Notes: generated by a model from the letters alone, not told the origin. A stretch of 63,215 nucleotides of DNA, filler included, from Octopus bimaculoides (GCF_001194135.2; 3 parts of 2 records of this genome joined end to end with filler, not necessarily neighbours in it); one strand, 5' to 3'; positions 23,615 through 37,318 are shown, numbered from the whole stretch's first letter. Made by a program: numbers and translations.

Positions 23615-24693
23615 CAGTTAGGTAGGTAGGTAGGTAGGTAGGTAGGTAGGTTGGTAGGTAGGTAGATGGATGAGTAGGCAGGTTTTCAAGGCGGATGGCA
23701 TTCATATGGTACAATAAAAACGTCAGCAATTCTTCATCAACGCTGGCAGCCATTAATGTTAGCTACTGACATGTTTCAAGTTGCATCCTTAACTTCTCTC
23801 TTTCTCTCCTATTTTCTTTCCTTGCTATATATATATTTGTGTGTGTGTGTGAGTGTGTGTGTGTAAGTGTGAGTGCATCCTGTGTCTTTCAGATAAACTG
23901 ATTGTTGCTGCCATTGTGCGCCATTTTTGATGTGATCGCTATGTCACAACAGTTGATCGTTTCTGGCTGCTGTAATTATTATTCACAATTGATCGAGAAC
24001 CAACTTTAAACCAATTGCTATTGTGTATGCCATTTTTGCTGACATCATTAGCGCTAACTTAAAGACGGCCATTTTGAAGAAATTGTAGAAAAGCGTGTTA
24101 AGTAACTCACCGACTTTAATTCAATNNNNNNNNNNNNNNNNNNNNNNNNNNNNNNNNNNNNNNNNNNNNNNNNNNNNNNNNNNNNNNNNNNNNNNNNNNN
24201 NNNNNNNNNNNNNNNNNNNNNNNNNNNNNNNNNNNNNNNNNNNNNNNNNNNNNNNNNNNNNNNNNNNNNNNNNNNNNNNNNNNNNNNNNNNNNNNNNNNN
24301 NNNNNNNNNNNNNNNNNNNNNNNNNNNNNNNNNNNNNNNNNNNNNNNNNNNNNNNNNNNNNNNNNNNNNNNNNNNNNNNNNNNNNNNNNNNNNNNNNNNN
24401 NNNNNNNNNNNNNNNNNNNNNNNNNNNNNNNNNNNNNNNNNNNNNNNNNNNNNNNNNNNNNNNNNNNNNNNNNNNNNNNNNNNNNNNNNNNNNNNNNNNN
24501 NNNNNNNNNNNNNNNNNNNNNNNNNNNNNNNNNNNNNNNNNNNNNNNNNNNNNNNNNNNNNNNNNNNNNNNNNNNNNNNNNNNNNNNNNNNNNNNNNNNN
24601 NNNNNNNNNNNNNNNNNNNNNNNNNNNNNNNNNNNNNNNNNNNNNNNNNNNNNNNNNNNNNNNNNNNNNNNNNNNNNNNNNNNNNNNNNNNNN

Positions 24694-24751
<58 letters not shown>

Positions 24752-25154
24752 AGAGAGAGAGAGAAAACCAGAAGTTGGAGTGTGTCTGCGAGTGATTGAA
24801 TACTAATTAGTTGAGTAGACGTACTCTAGACGTACTCTAGACGTAGTTCAGGATAACTGTGTATATAGTAGTAGCACCGTCCAAGATGTCGGTACAGTAT
24901 TCAACTCTGAGCGTTGCTCGATCCTTGAAAAGTTACAGCAGCTGTTGGGCACTGAAATATTTTCTCCCCTAAAGAGAAATTTCGTTTAATATACTTTGTA
25001 GCATATTATGGTTTTTAAATTAGTATTGTGTGCGTTATTTGGCACAACAACCACCACACACACGCACACTCACATGCACGCATGCACATGCACACGCACT
25101 CACACGCACATACACACATACACACAGATACACACTACAAATATGTGTATATGT

Positions 25155-25248
<94 letters not shown>

Positions 25249-25554
25249 NNNNNNNNNNNNNNNNNNNNNNNNNNNNNNNNNNNNNNNNNNNNTTAATTAA
25301 TTAANNNNNNNNNNNNNNNNNNNNNNNNNNNNNNNNNNNNNNNNNNNNTATATAGTGCAGAAATATAAATCGAAAACTTCTTGGTACAGTTGTGTATGTT
25401 TAAGAAAGTGAAAAATAATGACTTCTATGTTGATTGTTTTCTGAACACCTAACCATTACGCTAGAAAATTATCAACAGAAAAATCCTCCTGCTTCAATTT
25501 TACACACACATACACAGACCCAGACACAGACACAGACACACACAAACACAGACA

Positions 25555-25653
<99 letters not shown>

Positions 25654-25964
25654 GTATTCGCAAATCGGATTATGTCTTCATACTTAAAAGGTATCCTATG
25701 ATTGACGTTAGTTGAAATGTATTCATGGACGCGTCTGAAACATGTCAGAACCACTAACGTATTCCGTTGATAAACGCCGGCCATATAGAAGCTTCGAGTT
25801 TGAAGAAACGATCCAGTTTACGAACATTCAATAATAATAGACACCATGCGCCTCTAGCATGTATGTATATTAAACACTTTGCATATTTGCATATATTCAT
25901 ATATATGGATATATATGAATATATATATGGATACTCCTCTGAAATGCTCTCCTGCTTTTTCTAC

Positions 25965-26433
25965 AAGGATGCACTGATTAGTTACGGTTCAGTTCAGTCC
26001 TTTATCACTGAAGATTTGGGTATGAGACGCCTGTCTGCTAAGTTTGTGCCAAAACTGCTTTTAGCTGATAAAAAAAAAAAAAAAAAAAAGCACCCAGGTT
26101 TTCAGTTGCACAAGATCTCCTTGATTGTGTCGAGTACGTTGAAATGTTTTTGAAAACTTTGCGTAGGCCTCTGAGCAGGTATCGCCAAACTTTTGGCAAA
26201 ATTTGATTTAGATTCTTTGCTCAACGTTCTCTATCACGGTCAATGCGATGATTACATGCTACATGCCTTCCTTCCAAACACTGCTGTAAACAGTGGAAGT
26301 AAGCTAGAACGTTAAAAGTTAGTGCGCATGCACAGCAGAGTTCAAAGTCACTTGTTGTGCCAAGCGACTTTACTCTGCATGCCTTAGTTTCGTTACTATG
26401 GCAACAGTTCGGGTATTTATTGATCAGACCGCA
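25965..26433 (+). mobile_element. mariner derivative, copy 1 (5'-truncated; ends in an inverted 5' arm)
   Basis: EDALISYGSVQSFITEDLGMRRLSAKFVPKLL, then the junction ttgaaaactttgcgtaggc and terminal tttattgatcagaccgca followed by TA. Colinear with 32598-33492. Confidence 0.85.
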
Positions 26434-26449
26434 TACATGGGAGTCAGTC

Positions 26450-26860
26450 TCATTGTTTCAACGAATGTGGGTTCAGCAAGACATGACATAGCTGCACAAT
26501 TCTCTTAGTTATGTCTTCGTTTGCTGTCCCAGCTTGCACGATTAATGTATTATTAAAGAGAACGTGATTTGTGAAGATTCATTCTCATTTTCCCATTCGG
26601 GGCAACAAATGCCTCGAGGCCAGTACTTACCAGGATGCTGGATTTGTCTGGAGATATCTTGCTGAATGACCTAATCGACCCTCAGATCTTTGGGGTGAAT
26701 TCCGTTACATGTTAATCAACTCATAGTTAGGATCCTGATAACTATTATTACACCGAATCAGAGTAGGCCGAGGGACAATAGTGGCTAAGAGTTAGTTCCA
26801 CACTCCTCTAAAGTCTGGTACTCTCGAAGAAAGGTTCCACTACCAAATATAGTTTAAAGT
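26450..26860 (-). mobile_element. Probable RTE-type LINE 5' region (UTR and start of AP endonuclease), decayed
   Basis: The minus strand gives weak similarity to the NVRTL...CCLSETR region (SCLAEPTF). The upstream GC-richer stretch looks like a UTR. Confidence 0.35.
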
Positions 26861-27090
26861 CATAGATAATATATACACACGGGCGCACGCGTGCGTGTGT
26901 TTATACATGGCAGTACCGTATGTACAGATACATATATATGTTTATGAATGTATATATAATAAAAAAGTTACAGGGAGAGAGTGTGGGCCAATATTGTTGA
27001 TCACGGTCACAGTTTAATTGGCACCGAAACACACGAGGATATGAAATATCTTATAAACATTATCAAGGGTTGTATGTGTTTGTACGAGAG

Positions 27091-27144
<54 letters not shown>

Positions 27145-27599
27145 TCACTGGGTAATTTATAAGAATAAAGTACACAGCTGAAGAAAAAGAAAATAGAATC
27201 TAGGTTTACAACTGTTTATATTACGATGCCTCCCTTCTCCAAGGCCTCCCTACTCCAAGGCCTCCCTACTGTCTTGGAAAGCGTGATATCTCTAATGATT
27301 TGATTCTAGGTATATATATATATATATATACTGCTATCTGTATATACATACATACATGTATACATGCGTGTATATATAGACACACACAAACACATACATT
27401 TATATATATAGCACTCATTTCCAAAGGTAAGTTATATCTGGCTGGAAGTGAACAAGTTCGCTGTATGTGGATTCAAGTGTTTCACCGAGTAGTCATGTAA
27501 CAAGCAAAAGCACTACATTCTAAACATTGACCCTGTTTATGAATTACTCTCAGCTGTTTTCGCAAATATAATGGATTTCAAAACCTTTTTCTCCCTCTC

Positions 27600-27737
<138 letters not shown>

Positions 27738-27899
27738 TCTTTTACACACACACACACACACACACATGATCCCCACGCGCATATACAAAACACAAAATGA
27801 CGTATGCAGACACACACACATACAACGCACATATGTGTGTTTGTAAGCTTACACACACACATATATATGTATTTACATGTGTGCATGTATGTATATACG

Positions 27900-27945
<46 letters not shown>

Positions 27946-28057
27946 CATCTATCTATCTCTACCTTATTTCGAGCGATAAATAAAGAGTGCTGAATACCCT
28001 CTTGTCACATTTGTATAATTTGTGCATACATACATACATACATACATACATACATAC

Positions 28058-28159
28058 TCTGTTGTTGATGTTGAAATTCCAATGAAGTAGTCTTGGATCT
28101 AGGTTAGAAACCGGTTCTTTCTCTATTGGCAAGAAATCTTGAAATAAACTGAATAATGA
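28058..28159 (+). mobile_element. 3'-UTR-only copy of the R4/Dong-like LINE embedded in (ATAC)n
   Basis: ctgttgttgatgttgaaattcc...ctaggttagaaaccggttctttctctattggcaagaaatcttgaaataaac matches 28747-28850, which follows the RLE coding end. Confidence 0.65.
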
Positions 28160-28254
28160 CATACATACATACATACATACATACATGCATACATACATAC
28201 ATACATACATACATACATACATACATGCATACATAGAATATAACCACTCTTAAA

Positions 28255-28850
28255 ACAGTACTGGTTGAATGTCCCTGAACATACCCCAATAAAAGGCAAA
28301 CATAACAGATCTCACAGCGATTTGATACTGACATAAAAATCTATATACAGTAGTAGAAGTCAGTTGCTCTGCAGGTGCCAACATAAAGTTAAAGATTAGC
28401 GAAAGAGTAACACATGCTAAATTACTGACAAATTTACAGATACTCCATCTGGAGTACAAGTTTAGGTTTACGCCTGTAATTACGGGAGCACTTGGCTATA
28501 CAAACAACTGCCTCAGCACTAATCTTCAGAAATTTGAATTCTCTAAGCCAGAAACGAGAAAGTTAATTAGAAGATTACAGATTCAAGCCATCAATGGAAC
28601 TGTCGTAATATGTAAAACTTTCCAAAAGTTTGGCATATTAGTTTTGCAATTATATATATGAATATACACACATGAAATCAAATAAACAGACATGCACATT
28701 TACTGAATCCGAATACTTGCACATACATACACACATACATGCACGGCTGTTCCGTTGATGTAGAAAATTCTCGTGAAGAAGCTCTGGTTTCTAGGTTAGA
28801 AAGCGGCTCTTTCTCTATTGGCGAAAAATCTAGAAACAAAGCTAGATAAC
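28255..28850 (+). mobile_element. R4/Dong-like LINE 3' end (RLE C-terminus and 3' UTR)
   Basis: Open stretch LLTNLQILHLEYKFRFTPVITGALGY...KLIRRLQIQAINGTVVICKTFQKF. Confidence 0.8.
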
Positions 28851-30763
28851 GCAGGCAGACATTCAAGCACGCACACACACACACACACACATACACACGT
28901 ACGCACACACGCGCATACACACGCACACGCACACGCACACACATGCACAAACATATATGTACTGTGNNNNNNNNNNNNNNNNNNNNNNNNNNNNNNNNNN
29001 NNNNNNNNNNNNNNNNNNNNNNNNNNNNNNNNNNNNNNNNNNNNNNNNNNNNNNNNNNNNNNNNNNNNNNNNNNNNNNNNNNNNNNNNNNNNNNNNNNNN
29101 NNNNNNNNNNNNNNNNNNNNNNNNNNNNNNNNNNNNNNNNNNNNNNNNNNNNNNNNNNNNNNNNNNNNNNNNNNNNNNNNNNNNNNNNNNNNNNNNNNNN
29201 NNNNNNNNNNNNNNNNNNNNNNNNNNNNNNNNNNNNNNNNNNNNNNNNNNNNNNNNNNNNNNNNNNNNNNNNNNNNNNNNNNNNNNNNNNNNNNNNNNNN
29301 NNNNNNNNNNNNNNNNNNNNNNNNNNNNNNNNNNNNNNNNNNNNNNNNNNNNNNNNNNNNNNNNNNNNNNNNNNNNNNNNNNNNNNNNNNNNNNNNNNNN
29401 NNNNNNNNNNNNNNNNNNNNNNNNNNNNNNNNNNNNNNNNNNNNNNNNNNNNNNNNNNNNNNNNNNNNNNNNNNNNNNNNNNNNNNNNNNNNNNNNNNNN
29501 NNNNNNNNNNNNAAAGAACCTTTTAATCGTAAAGCTCCTCCTGTGTCCTACTTGCTTCCGAAGATTTGACAAGTTGGGATTATGGAGAAGTTGATTGCAT
29601 GAGATGTCACAGGAAAGTTCATTCAATAGTATTAAAAATGAACCAACTGACAAGGTGATGATTAAATACTGATGGTGAATAACATTGATTTTTATAATCA
29701 AAAGTGAAAAAAAAAAAAACGTTGGGATGGTAATGGGAGCTATTATGATAAAATGAAAAAACTATAGAAAAAAGAATGGGGCGATCGTGGTTGGAGTGCT
29801 TTGATTATAAGTCTGATCAATCAAACTTATGACCATAGAGCTAAACAATAGTAACAATAGTAGTTCAATAACATTGATATTGATTAAACTATCCCTAGCG
29901 TCTGCGGCCATATCGGCTGTCATGGGCAGCACCAAACTAGAGGCGTAGAAATGACAAACGCTCGGCCCGGATAATGTTTTTCATACGCTTCGGATCGCCA
30001 GTTTACCTAAGATGCATCTATTACTAATACTGTTCACTAGCAGCTTCATTGTGGAGGCTATGATTTAGCCACCGAGGAAATCAAGTGGTGCCGGCATATG
30101 TCTCTGCTAAGCAAGCAGAAACAAGAACCGCTTTTGCCGGTAAATCAAACGAAGATCAACACCAGCGGAGCAAAGATGGTTGAAGTGACGATGAAGAGAC
30201 TACTTTTTCGTAGCTGTAGTAGCGAACTGGTTGGCAAATATCCGTGGCAATGTTTTTGTGTCAGTTCACTGCTGGATAGTGAGGACAAATAAAGACAAAT
30301 TTCTAGTTTTAAAAAAATTATATAAATGGTAGCAAATACATTTCCTGTGGTAATACTCCAAAACCATTCACTTTTGGCTCTTTTACTTCTTTATTTTGAG
30401 CTCAACTAAAATAAAATAACGCTATTAATAGTGGACAATCATTGCTACCAATAAATAGTCAATATTCAACATAAAGGTTAGTTAGAGACGGTAATATAAA
30501 GAAGAAAAAAAGAAACAAACACAAACATATCTAACCAATGTACTAACAATGAGGTTGGATGACTATATATTTCTTCCCTTACAGATTGGCCAAACCTGAT
30601 TGCAAAGAGGTCGATAGATTAATAGGTCAGTATCATCCGAATAAAATATCTATTGAACGGGAACCTTTTATTGACGAAACATTTTATCTGTGAGCTACTA
30701 CTATTTATCTTTCTAGCCAAACTGGTCGACATTTTTAGAATCAAGACAGAAGAAACAAGTTGA

Positions 30764-30972
30764 ATTAGATGTAGATCGATAAGGTTTGCACTGATATCGT
30801 TCAACATAAATTGCTCCTAATTTGAGAGTATTTATTTTCTAGTGCATTAAAACATAAATAGCCTCACACATACAATTGAAGAATGTATCAATCACAACCG
30901 ATATCTTCTCACATCATATAAAAGATCAAATATACTAAGCTTATAATTTTCTAACCTATTAACCTCATCTTT
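30764..30972 (+). repeat. ~200-bp direct repeat, copy 1 (flanks the RTE 3' end)
   Basis: Aligns by eye with 33851-34053 (attagatg...taaggtttg...caacataaatt...gagagtatt...aaaagatcaaatata...attaacc). Confidence 0.85.
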
Positions 30973-33850
30973 AAAGTGTATACAGTGGTTGTCAACTTGA
31001 GTTCAAGTACAGACACTATCTTACAGCAGTCATATACCTGTTTCAGAAATGTCAGTTTCTCTGATATGGGCTCTTAGATGACCACCTAGCTCTAACTTAA
31101 TCTTTTGTGACAAATGTAGCAGGGAATTTTCTCAACGATCTTATCAACTGAGGTCGTTATGCATTCGTCCAAAAGTAGTCCAAAAGTATTAGGTGAGCAT
31201 ACCTTTTAGTATGAAGGACAGCAATATTGGGAGTGAGGTGATGGAACTGTAAGCATATCTCACTTTACTTCTTACATGTAAACTTTCATGGATAACAAGA
31301 CTGAGTTTGGAAAGTTTAATGTGGCTACAAGTTGTGCAGGTGAAATCACTTCTGGACTCTATCGTTCTACAATTGCCTGCAAATTTTGGGACTCTACGTA
31401 TCACTGTCATTGGAAATTCGATATTTGTCAAACTGCAACCTGTTCTTCCTGGATACCGATTGAAATTCACCTATATTCAGCGTGAGATCTTCACAGCTGG
31501 CAATGCAAATGACCTATAAATTATATCTTTGTTTTAGTTTGTGCTAATGATGTTCATGGAGAATTAATTCACATAAAGTAATTGCTATAAAAGGCTGATA
31601 TCAAGATATACAACATAACCAACCCATCGCATATAATAATTGATAAGCATCAAATCACATTGAAAAGATGAGTTTACATCAGCTTACCCTTCCTTGCATT
31701 TCTGTGTCAGGTGTTAAACATACACAACTGTTTAACACATTATTTAAACACTTCTGTGGAATTTCTCGAGTATTTTGATGTGGTGTCGATATGAGATTCC
31801 TGTCTCGAACACTTATAGCATACATATGCTGAGGCAAGCATTATAGACGCAAAGCTTGGTGTAATCTTTTAAGTTGCTGCCTAATCAGATTCTTTTCTCC
31901 GTTGTTTCAAACGTGATTGCAATCTTTTCAATCTTTAAGTTGATCTCAAAATCTAAGGATCTGTAATTGGAGACAGAGCTTAGGTACACATAAGAATCCA
32001 ATACATCATGCTTTCTCCCCTCATAAGGTATTTGGTTACAAATGCAGCTCAACTGGAGCAAATTTAAACATCGCCTTAATTTTCTTGAAGTTTATTTTAT
32101 GTCCAAATGTAATACACCTATTACATAAAATGCCATTATTTTCTGAACGTTTTATTCATTAATGTACAACAAATCACGAGTTTGAGTGATAAAAAAATGC
32201 GTTGTCTTTGCTTTGAAACGACTTGGATCATAATCCTAAAATAATGAATAATGATGACTACAAAGTATATAAAGAATATAGTGCGCGTAAGTATACACCT
32301 GCGCTTGAGGTCATAGTCCACAGGTCTCAGTTCCGACAGAGCAAAATTAGAATTAAATTAAACCTTCATAACAGTACACAACTGGACCAACATATCAAAA
32401 TCTAAGGTGATACTCCGACTTCATCAGTTTTCCACCGTAACATTTATATTTACAGGGTTGAAATCTTTCGTGAGGTCAACAAAAACTTGGTAATGATAAA
32501 AAATGTCTACTCAACTGACTGATGCTAAAGATCATATCTCTGATAGGTCTATCAGATCTCAATCCACAATTAAACTGAATTAACGAGGAAACATAGACGT
32601 GGTCTGATCAATAAATGTCCGGACTGTTGCTATAGTAACAAACCTAAAGCACGCAGAATAAAGTTGCTTGGCACAGAGTAACCTTGAACTTTGCTGCGCA
32701 TGCACACTAAGTGTTAACGTTCTGGCTCACTTACGCTATTTACAGTATTGCTTGAAAGAAAGATTTGTAACATGCGATCGACGCATTGACACTAACAGAG
32801 AAAGTTGAGCAGAAAATCTACATCAAATTTTGTCAAAACCTTGGCGATACCTGTTCAAACGCCTACGCAAAGTTTTCAAAACTTTTAAATCGTTCTTGAC
32901 ACAATCAAGGAGATCTTGTTCAACTGAAACCCGGGTGTCTTTTCGGTCAGCTGAAAGTAGTTTTGGCACAAACTTAGCAGACACGCGTCTCATACCTAAA
33001 TCTTCAATGATAAAGGACTGAATTGAACCGTAACTAATCAGTGCATCCTCTGATAACTCACGTATGGGGATTCGATGATATCCCCTTACAACTGCACGCA
33101 CATCTGCGATGTTTTTCTCAGTTCTGATAATTGCAGGTCTTCCAGAACGTTCGTCAATATCGACATTCTTTCGGCCATCTTGGAAACGTCTGAACCACTC
33201 GTACACTTGTGTGCGGCTCATACACTCCTCTCCATACACTTTCTGCAACTCTGGGTAGACTTTTGAACAGGTGTGACTATCACAACTTTCTCTGTCATGA
33301 TCAATGTGACGATCTCATGCTACACACCTTCCTTCTAAGCACTGCTGTAAACAGTGGAAGTGAGCTACAACGTTGAAACTTAACGCGTATGCACAGCAGA
33401 GTTTAAGGTCTATTCTTGCCAAGCGGCTTTACTCCGCGTGCTTTAGTTTCGTTACTATGGCGACAATCCAGATATTTATTGATCAGACCTCTTATATGTC
33501 TGTAAACGATTCGATAAAAGACTGACGATTGCTTCACTAACAGTTAGATATAACGAATTACGTAAGTTAGCACGGTTTGCTTTGACTTCTTTTACCCTGT
33601 ACAGTGATATCAATAGTTTCTCTCTATTCGTGCGAAACTGCTGAACAATTCCATACTTTCAAATTTGTGAGCACGAAGTTAGCCGTTATGTCCCCATTAT
33701 GCTTTATAGCTTCAACTAGTACACTTTTAATTCCTGGTGCATTTCCCGAAATGGGTTGTTTCATGATTGTATACTTCCTTTGTGTTAGGATTACTATTCA
33801 TTTCCTCAATAATATGAAACTGCAGAAAGTCTTCTGTAGCATTCATATAT
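30973..33850 (-). mobile_element. RTE-clade LINE, 5'-truncated, interrupted by a mariner derivative
   Basis: Minus-strand motifs in the expected order: SGNAPGIKSV, NRLQT, CGLRSDRPIRDMIFSISQL, FVDLTKDFN, KINFKKIK, DSYVYLSS, TKLCVYNAC, KILEKFH, and a terminal CYICHK...GHLRAH zinc finger near 31060-31120. Confidence 0.85.
32598..33492 (-). mobile_element. mariner derivative, copy 2 (895 bp, ~240-280-bp terminal inverted arms)
   Basis: Termini cgtggtctgatcaataaat / atttattgatcagacctct followed by TA. ORF 32823..33248 (KVYGEECMSRTQVYEWFRRFQDGR...DERSGRP...GMRRVSAKFVPKLL) lacks the DDD domain. Confidence 0.92.
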
Positions 33851-34053
33851 ATTAGATGGCGATCAATAAGGTTTGTACTGATATTGTACAACATAAATTC
33901 TTAATTTGAGAGTATTTTCTAGTTCATTAAAATATAAATAGCTTAACGCATACAACTGAAGATTCTGTCACTCACAACTAATGTCTTCTATTAACTAATA
34001 AAAGATCAAATATATAAACGTTATAGCTTTCTGGACAATTAACCATGCTTTTA
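33851..34053 (+). repeat. ~200-bp direct repeat, copy 2 (flanks the RTE 5' end)
   Basis: See 30764-30972. Confidence 0.85.
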
Positions 34054-35040
34054 ATTATATATATATATATATATNNNNNNNNNNNNNNNNNNNNNNNNNN
34101 NNNNNNNNNNNNNNNNNNNNNNNNNNNNNNNNNNNNNNNNNNNNNNNNNNNNNNNNNNNNNNNNNNNNNNNNNNNNNNNNNNNNNNNNNNNNNNNNNNNN
34201 NNNNNNNNNNNNNNNNNNNNNNNNNNNNNNNNNNNNNNNNNNNNNNNNNNNNNNNNNNNNNNNNNNNNNNNNNNNNNNNNNNNNNNNNNNNNNNNNNNNN
34301 NNNNNNNNNNNNNNNNNNNNNNNNNNNNNNNNNNNNNNNNNNNNNNNNNNNNNNNNNNNNNNNNNNNNNNNNNNNNNNNNNNNNNNNNNNNNNNNNNNNN
34401 NNNNNNNNNNNNNNNNNNNNNNNNNNNNNNNNNNNNNNNNNNNNNNNNNNNNNNNNNNNNNNNNNNNNNNNNNNNNNNNNNNNNNNNNNNNNNNNNNNNN
34501 NNNNNNNNNNNNNNNNNNNNNNNNNNNNNNNNNNNNNNNNNNNNNNNNNNNNNNNNNNNNNNNNNNNNNNNNNNNNNNNNNNNNNNNNNNNNNNNNNNNN
34601 NNNNNNNNNNNNNNNNNNNNNNNNNNNNNNNNNNNNNNNNNNNNNNNNNNNNNNNNNNNNNNNNNNNNNNNNNNNNNNNNNNNNNNNNNNNNNNNNNNNN
34701 NNNNNNNNNNNNNNNNNNNNNNNNNNNNNNNNNNNNNNNNNNNNNNNNNNNNNNNNNNNNNNNNNNNNNNNNNNNNNNNNNNNNNNNNNNNNNNNNNNNN
34801 NNNNNNNNNNNNNNNNNNNNNNNNNNNNNNNNNNNNNNNNNNNNNNNNNNNNNNNNNNNNNNNNNNNNNNNNNNNNNNNNNNNNNNNNNNNNNNNNNNNN
34901 NNNNNNNNNNNNNNNNNNNNNNNNNNNNNNNNNNNNNNNNNNNNNNNNNNNNNNNNNNNNNNNNNNNNNNNNNNNNNNNNNNNNNNNNNNNNNNNNNNNN
35001 NNNNNNNNNNNNNNNNNNNNNNNNNNNNNNNNNNNNNNNN

Positions 35041-35338
35041 CCGATCAAAGCCTTGAGTGGATTTGGTAGACAGAAACTGAAAGAAGCCTGTCGTATATAT
35101 GTATATATATATATGTATGTTTGTGCATATGTTTGTGTGTCTGTGTTTGTACCCCCCCCCCAACATCGCTTGACAACCGATGGTGGTGTGTTTACGTCCC
35201 CGTAACTTAGCGGTTCGGCATAAAAGACCGATAGAATAAGTACTAGGCTTACAAAGAATAAGTCCTGGGGTCGATATGCTCGACTAAAGGCGGTGCTCGA
35301 GCATGGTCGCAGTCAAAATGACTGAAACAAGTAAAAGA
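35041..35338 (+). mobile_element. SINE family B (head lost in gap)
   Basis: gagtggatttggtagacagaaactgaaagaagcc...cccgtaacttagcggttcggc...gaataagtactaggcttacaaagaataagtcctggggtcg...gactgaaacaagtaaaagag. Confidence 0.9.
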
Positions 35339-35616
35339 GTATATATAAACTCACCAGGTCAAATATAGATAAAATGTGTTATAAAAAAAAGTGCTTTTAA
35401 TTGATTGAGTTTTCTAGACATATCGTGAATTAGAAATTTGCTCATTGACATTTCTGCAAAGAAATATGTGTGTATGTTTGTGCGTACGAATGGATGGGTC
35501 CATGAGTGTGGTCAGTTATGCACTATTGTTTAAATCTAGGAAGAGTATTTGGAAGTGGTCAAGGATAATATCTATCTATCTATCTATCTGTTTGTCTGTC
35601 TGTATCTCTGTCTGCC

Positions 35617-35692
<76 letters not shown>

Positions 35693-36428
35693 NNNNNNNN
35701 NNNNNNNNNNNNNNNNNNNNNNNNNNNNNNNNNNNNNNNNNNNNNNNNNNNNNNNNNNNNNNNNNNNNNNNNNNNNNNNNNNNNNNNNNNNNNNNNNNNN
35801 NNNNNNNNNNNNNNNNNNNNNNNNNNNNNNNNNNNNNNNNNNNNNNNNNNNNNNNAGATAGATAGATAGATAGATAGATAGATATAGTTATATAAATATT
35901 TATGCATGAAACATCATGGAAGTGGAAGAGTCATTTTAGATATTTAAGAACACGAAGATAATTCACTTTTCGCTTATTTCTTAATGTTATACTTTATTAA
36001 AGTGCGTGGAAAAAAACCTTTTCGGAATCGTGCAACGTAGCCACTAATACAGTTCCATTCTTCTGTTGAAAATCAGTCACGAGTAACTTTTTAAAAGCCT
36101 CATAGGATTATTTCCTCTGTTCTTTCTTTATTTAAGTATTTCTTTTTTATTCCAATTTTTTTTTTGTTTTCTCTTTGCACTTCTACTTCAAAGATGTTAG
36201 TTTAATAGATATTAGTTCAAGCTTTAGTAGGTTTCCACTTTTTTCTTTTAAATTTCGAACACGTGGATCAACTGCACTGTTGTTAGAACATAAGAGTTGC
36301 TGATATTTTTTTGTTACTCAAAGATTCAATTCCTCTATTTTTATTCTCTTTTTGAATTACATACTAATATAGTTATTTAATTTAGTTATACACTAATTTA
36401 GTTATACACTAATTTAGTTTTTAATATA

Positions 36429-36523
36429 CAGTAATCCCTTGCCGTATCGCGGTTCACCTATCGCGGTTCACCTATTGCGGGAGGTTTTGGAACGTAACAC
36501 CCGCGATAGTCGAGGGATTACTG
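36429..36523. mobile_element. 95-bp Tigger/pogo-type MITE with TA TSD
   Basis: TA|cagtaatcccttgccgtatcgcgg ... ccgcgatagtcgagggattactg|TA, with an internal duplicated 14-mer tatcgcggttcacc. Confidence 0.85.
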
Positions 36524-36584
36524 TATTTTCATTAACATGTTGTTTTTCATAAATATTACTAATATATATATGTGTGTATTTTAT

Positions 36585-36722
36585 TCCTCCAAAGTCGACT
36601 TTACCTTTTGTCCCCCGCCTCGAGGTCGATGGAATAAGTACAAGTTGAACATTGGAGTCGATATAATCGATTTACACACACTCTTGAAATTGCTGAGCTT
36701 GTGCGAAAATTTGAAACGAATA
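36585..36722 (+). mobile_element. SINE family A, 3' part
   Basis: gtcgactttacctttt...gtcgatggaataagtacaagttgaacattggagtcgatataatcga...aaaatttgaaacg. Confidence 0.7.
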
Positions 36723-37014
36723 TATAGTGAGAGTGATGACCTACAACAGTAATGCATAAAATACGATACGGCAAAAGAATATAACGCCTATAATGCAATT
36801 GGTAAGATCACACATTCCCGGTAATATCCATTAATCCTGCTGAAGTAGTTCTTTTGAGCTGTCACATGCGGTAGCAGGCATAGAATTTGAGAATGCAAGA
36901 GAGTCTGTTATTTTCAGTATTACTAGCACCACAGACATTACAATAGGACAAGGCAAGCAGCATAGTCTTAGTGGATTTTTATGATCATTTCTCAAGTTAT
37001 ATATTTATCTTTAT

Positions 37015-37228
37015 CTTAGACTTGTTTCAGCCATTGAACTGCAGCTATCTTGGTGAATGACCTGAGAGTGCTTACTCGGACAAATCGACCCCGGTATTTA
37101 TTTTATAAATGTCTAGTACTTACTCTAGCGGACTACTATTGCAGAAGCACTAGTTTACGGGATCATAAACAAACCAACAGCGCTTGTGAAGCGGTGTTGG
37201 GATAAACAAACGCAAAGATATACATGCA

Positions 37229-37318
<90 letters not shown>

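Noticed and set aside
25293-25304. ttaattaattaa island inside an N run (also at 42236-42247)
   Set aside because: An identical 12-mer with stops in all six frames, embedded in Ns twice. This is an assembly or scaffolding spacer, not biology.
27412-27426. 15-nt microexon candidate before a perfect aag|gtaagt donor
   Set aside because: The acceptor is only the end of a (TA)n tract with no polypyrimidine tract; not supportable without RNA data.
29890-30290. GC-richer 400-bp island
   Set aside because: Probably a TE UTR fragment, but I could not assign a family or any structure.
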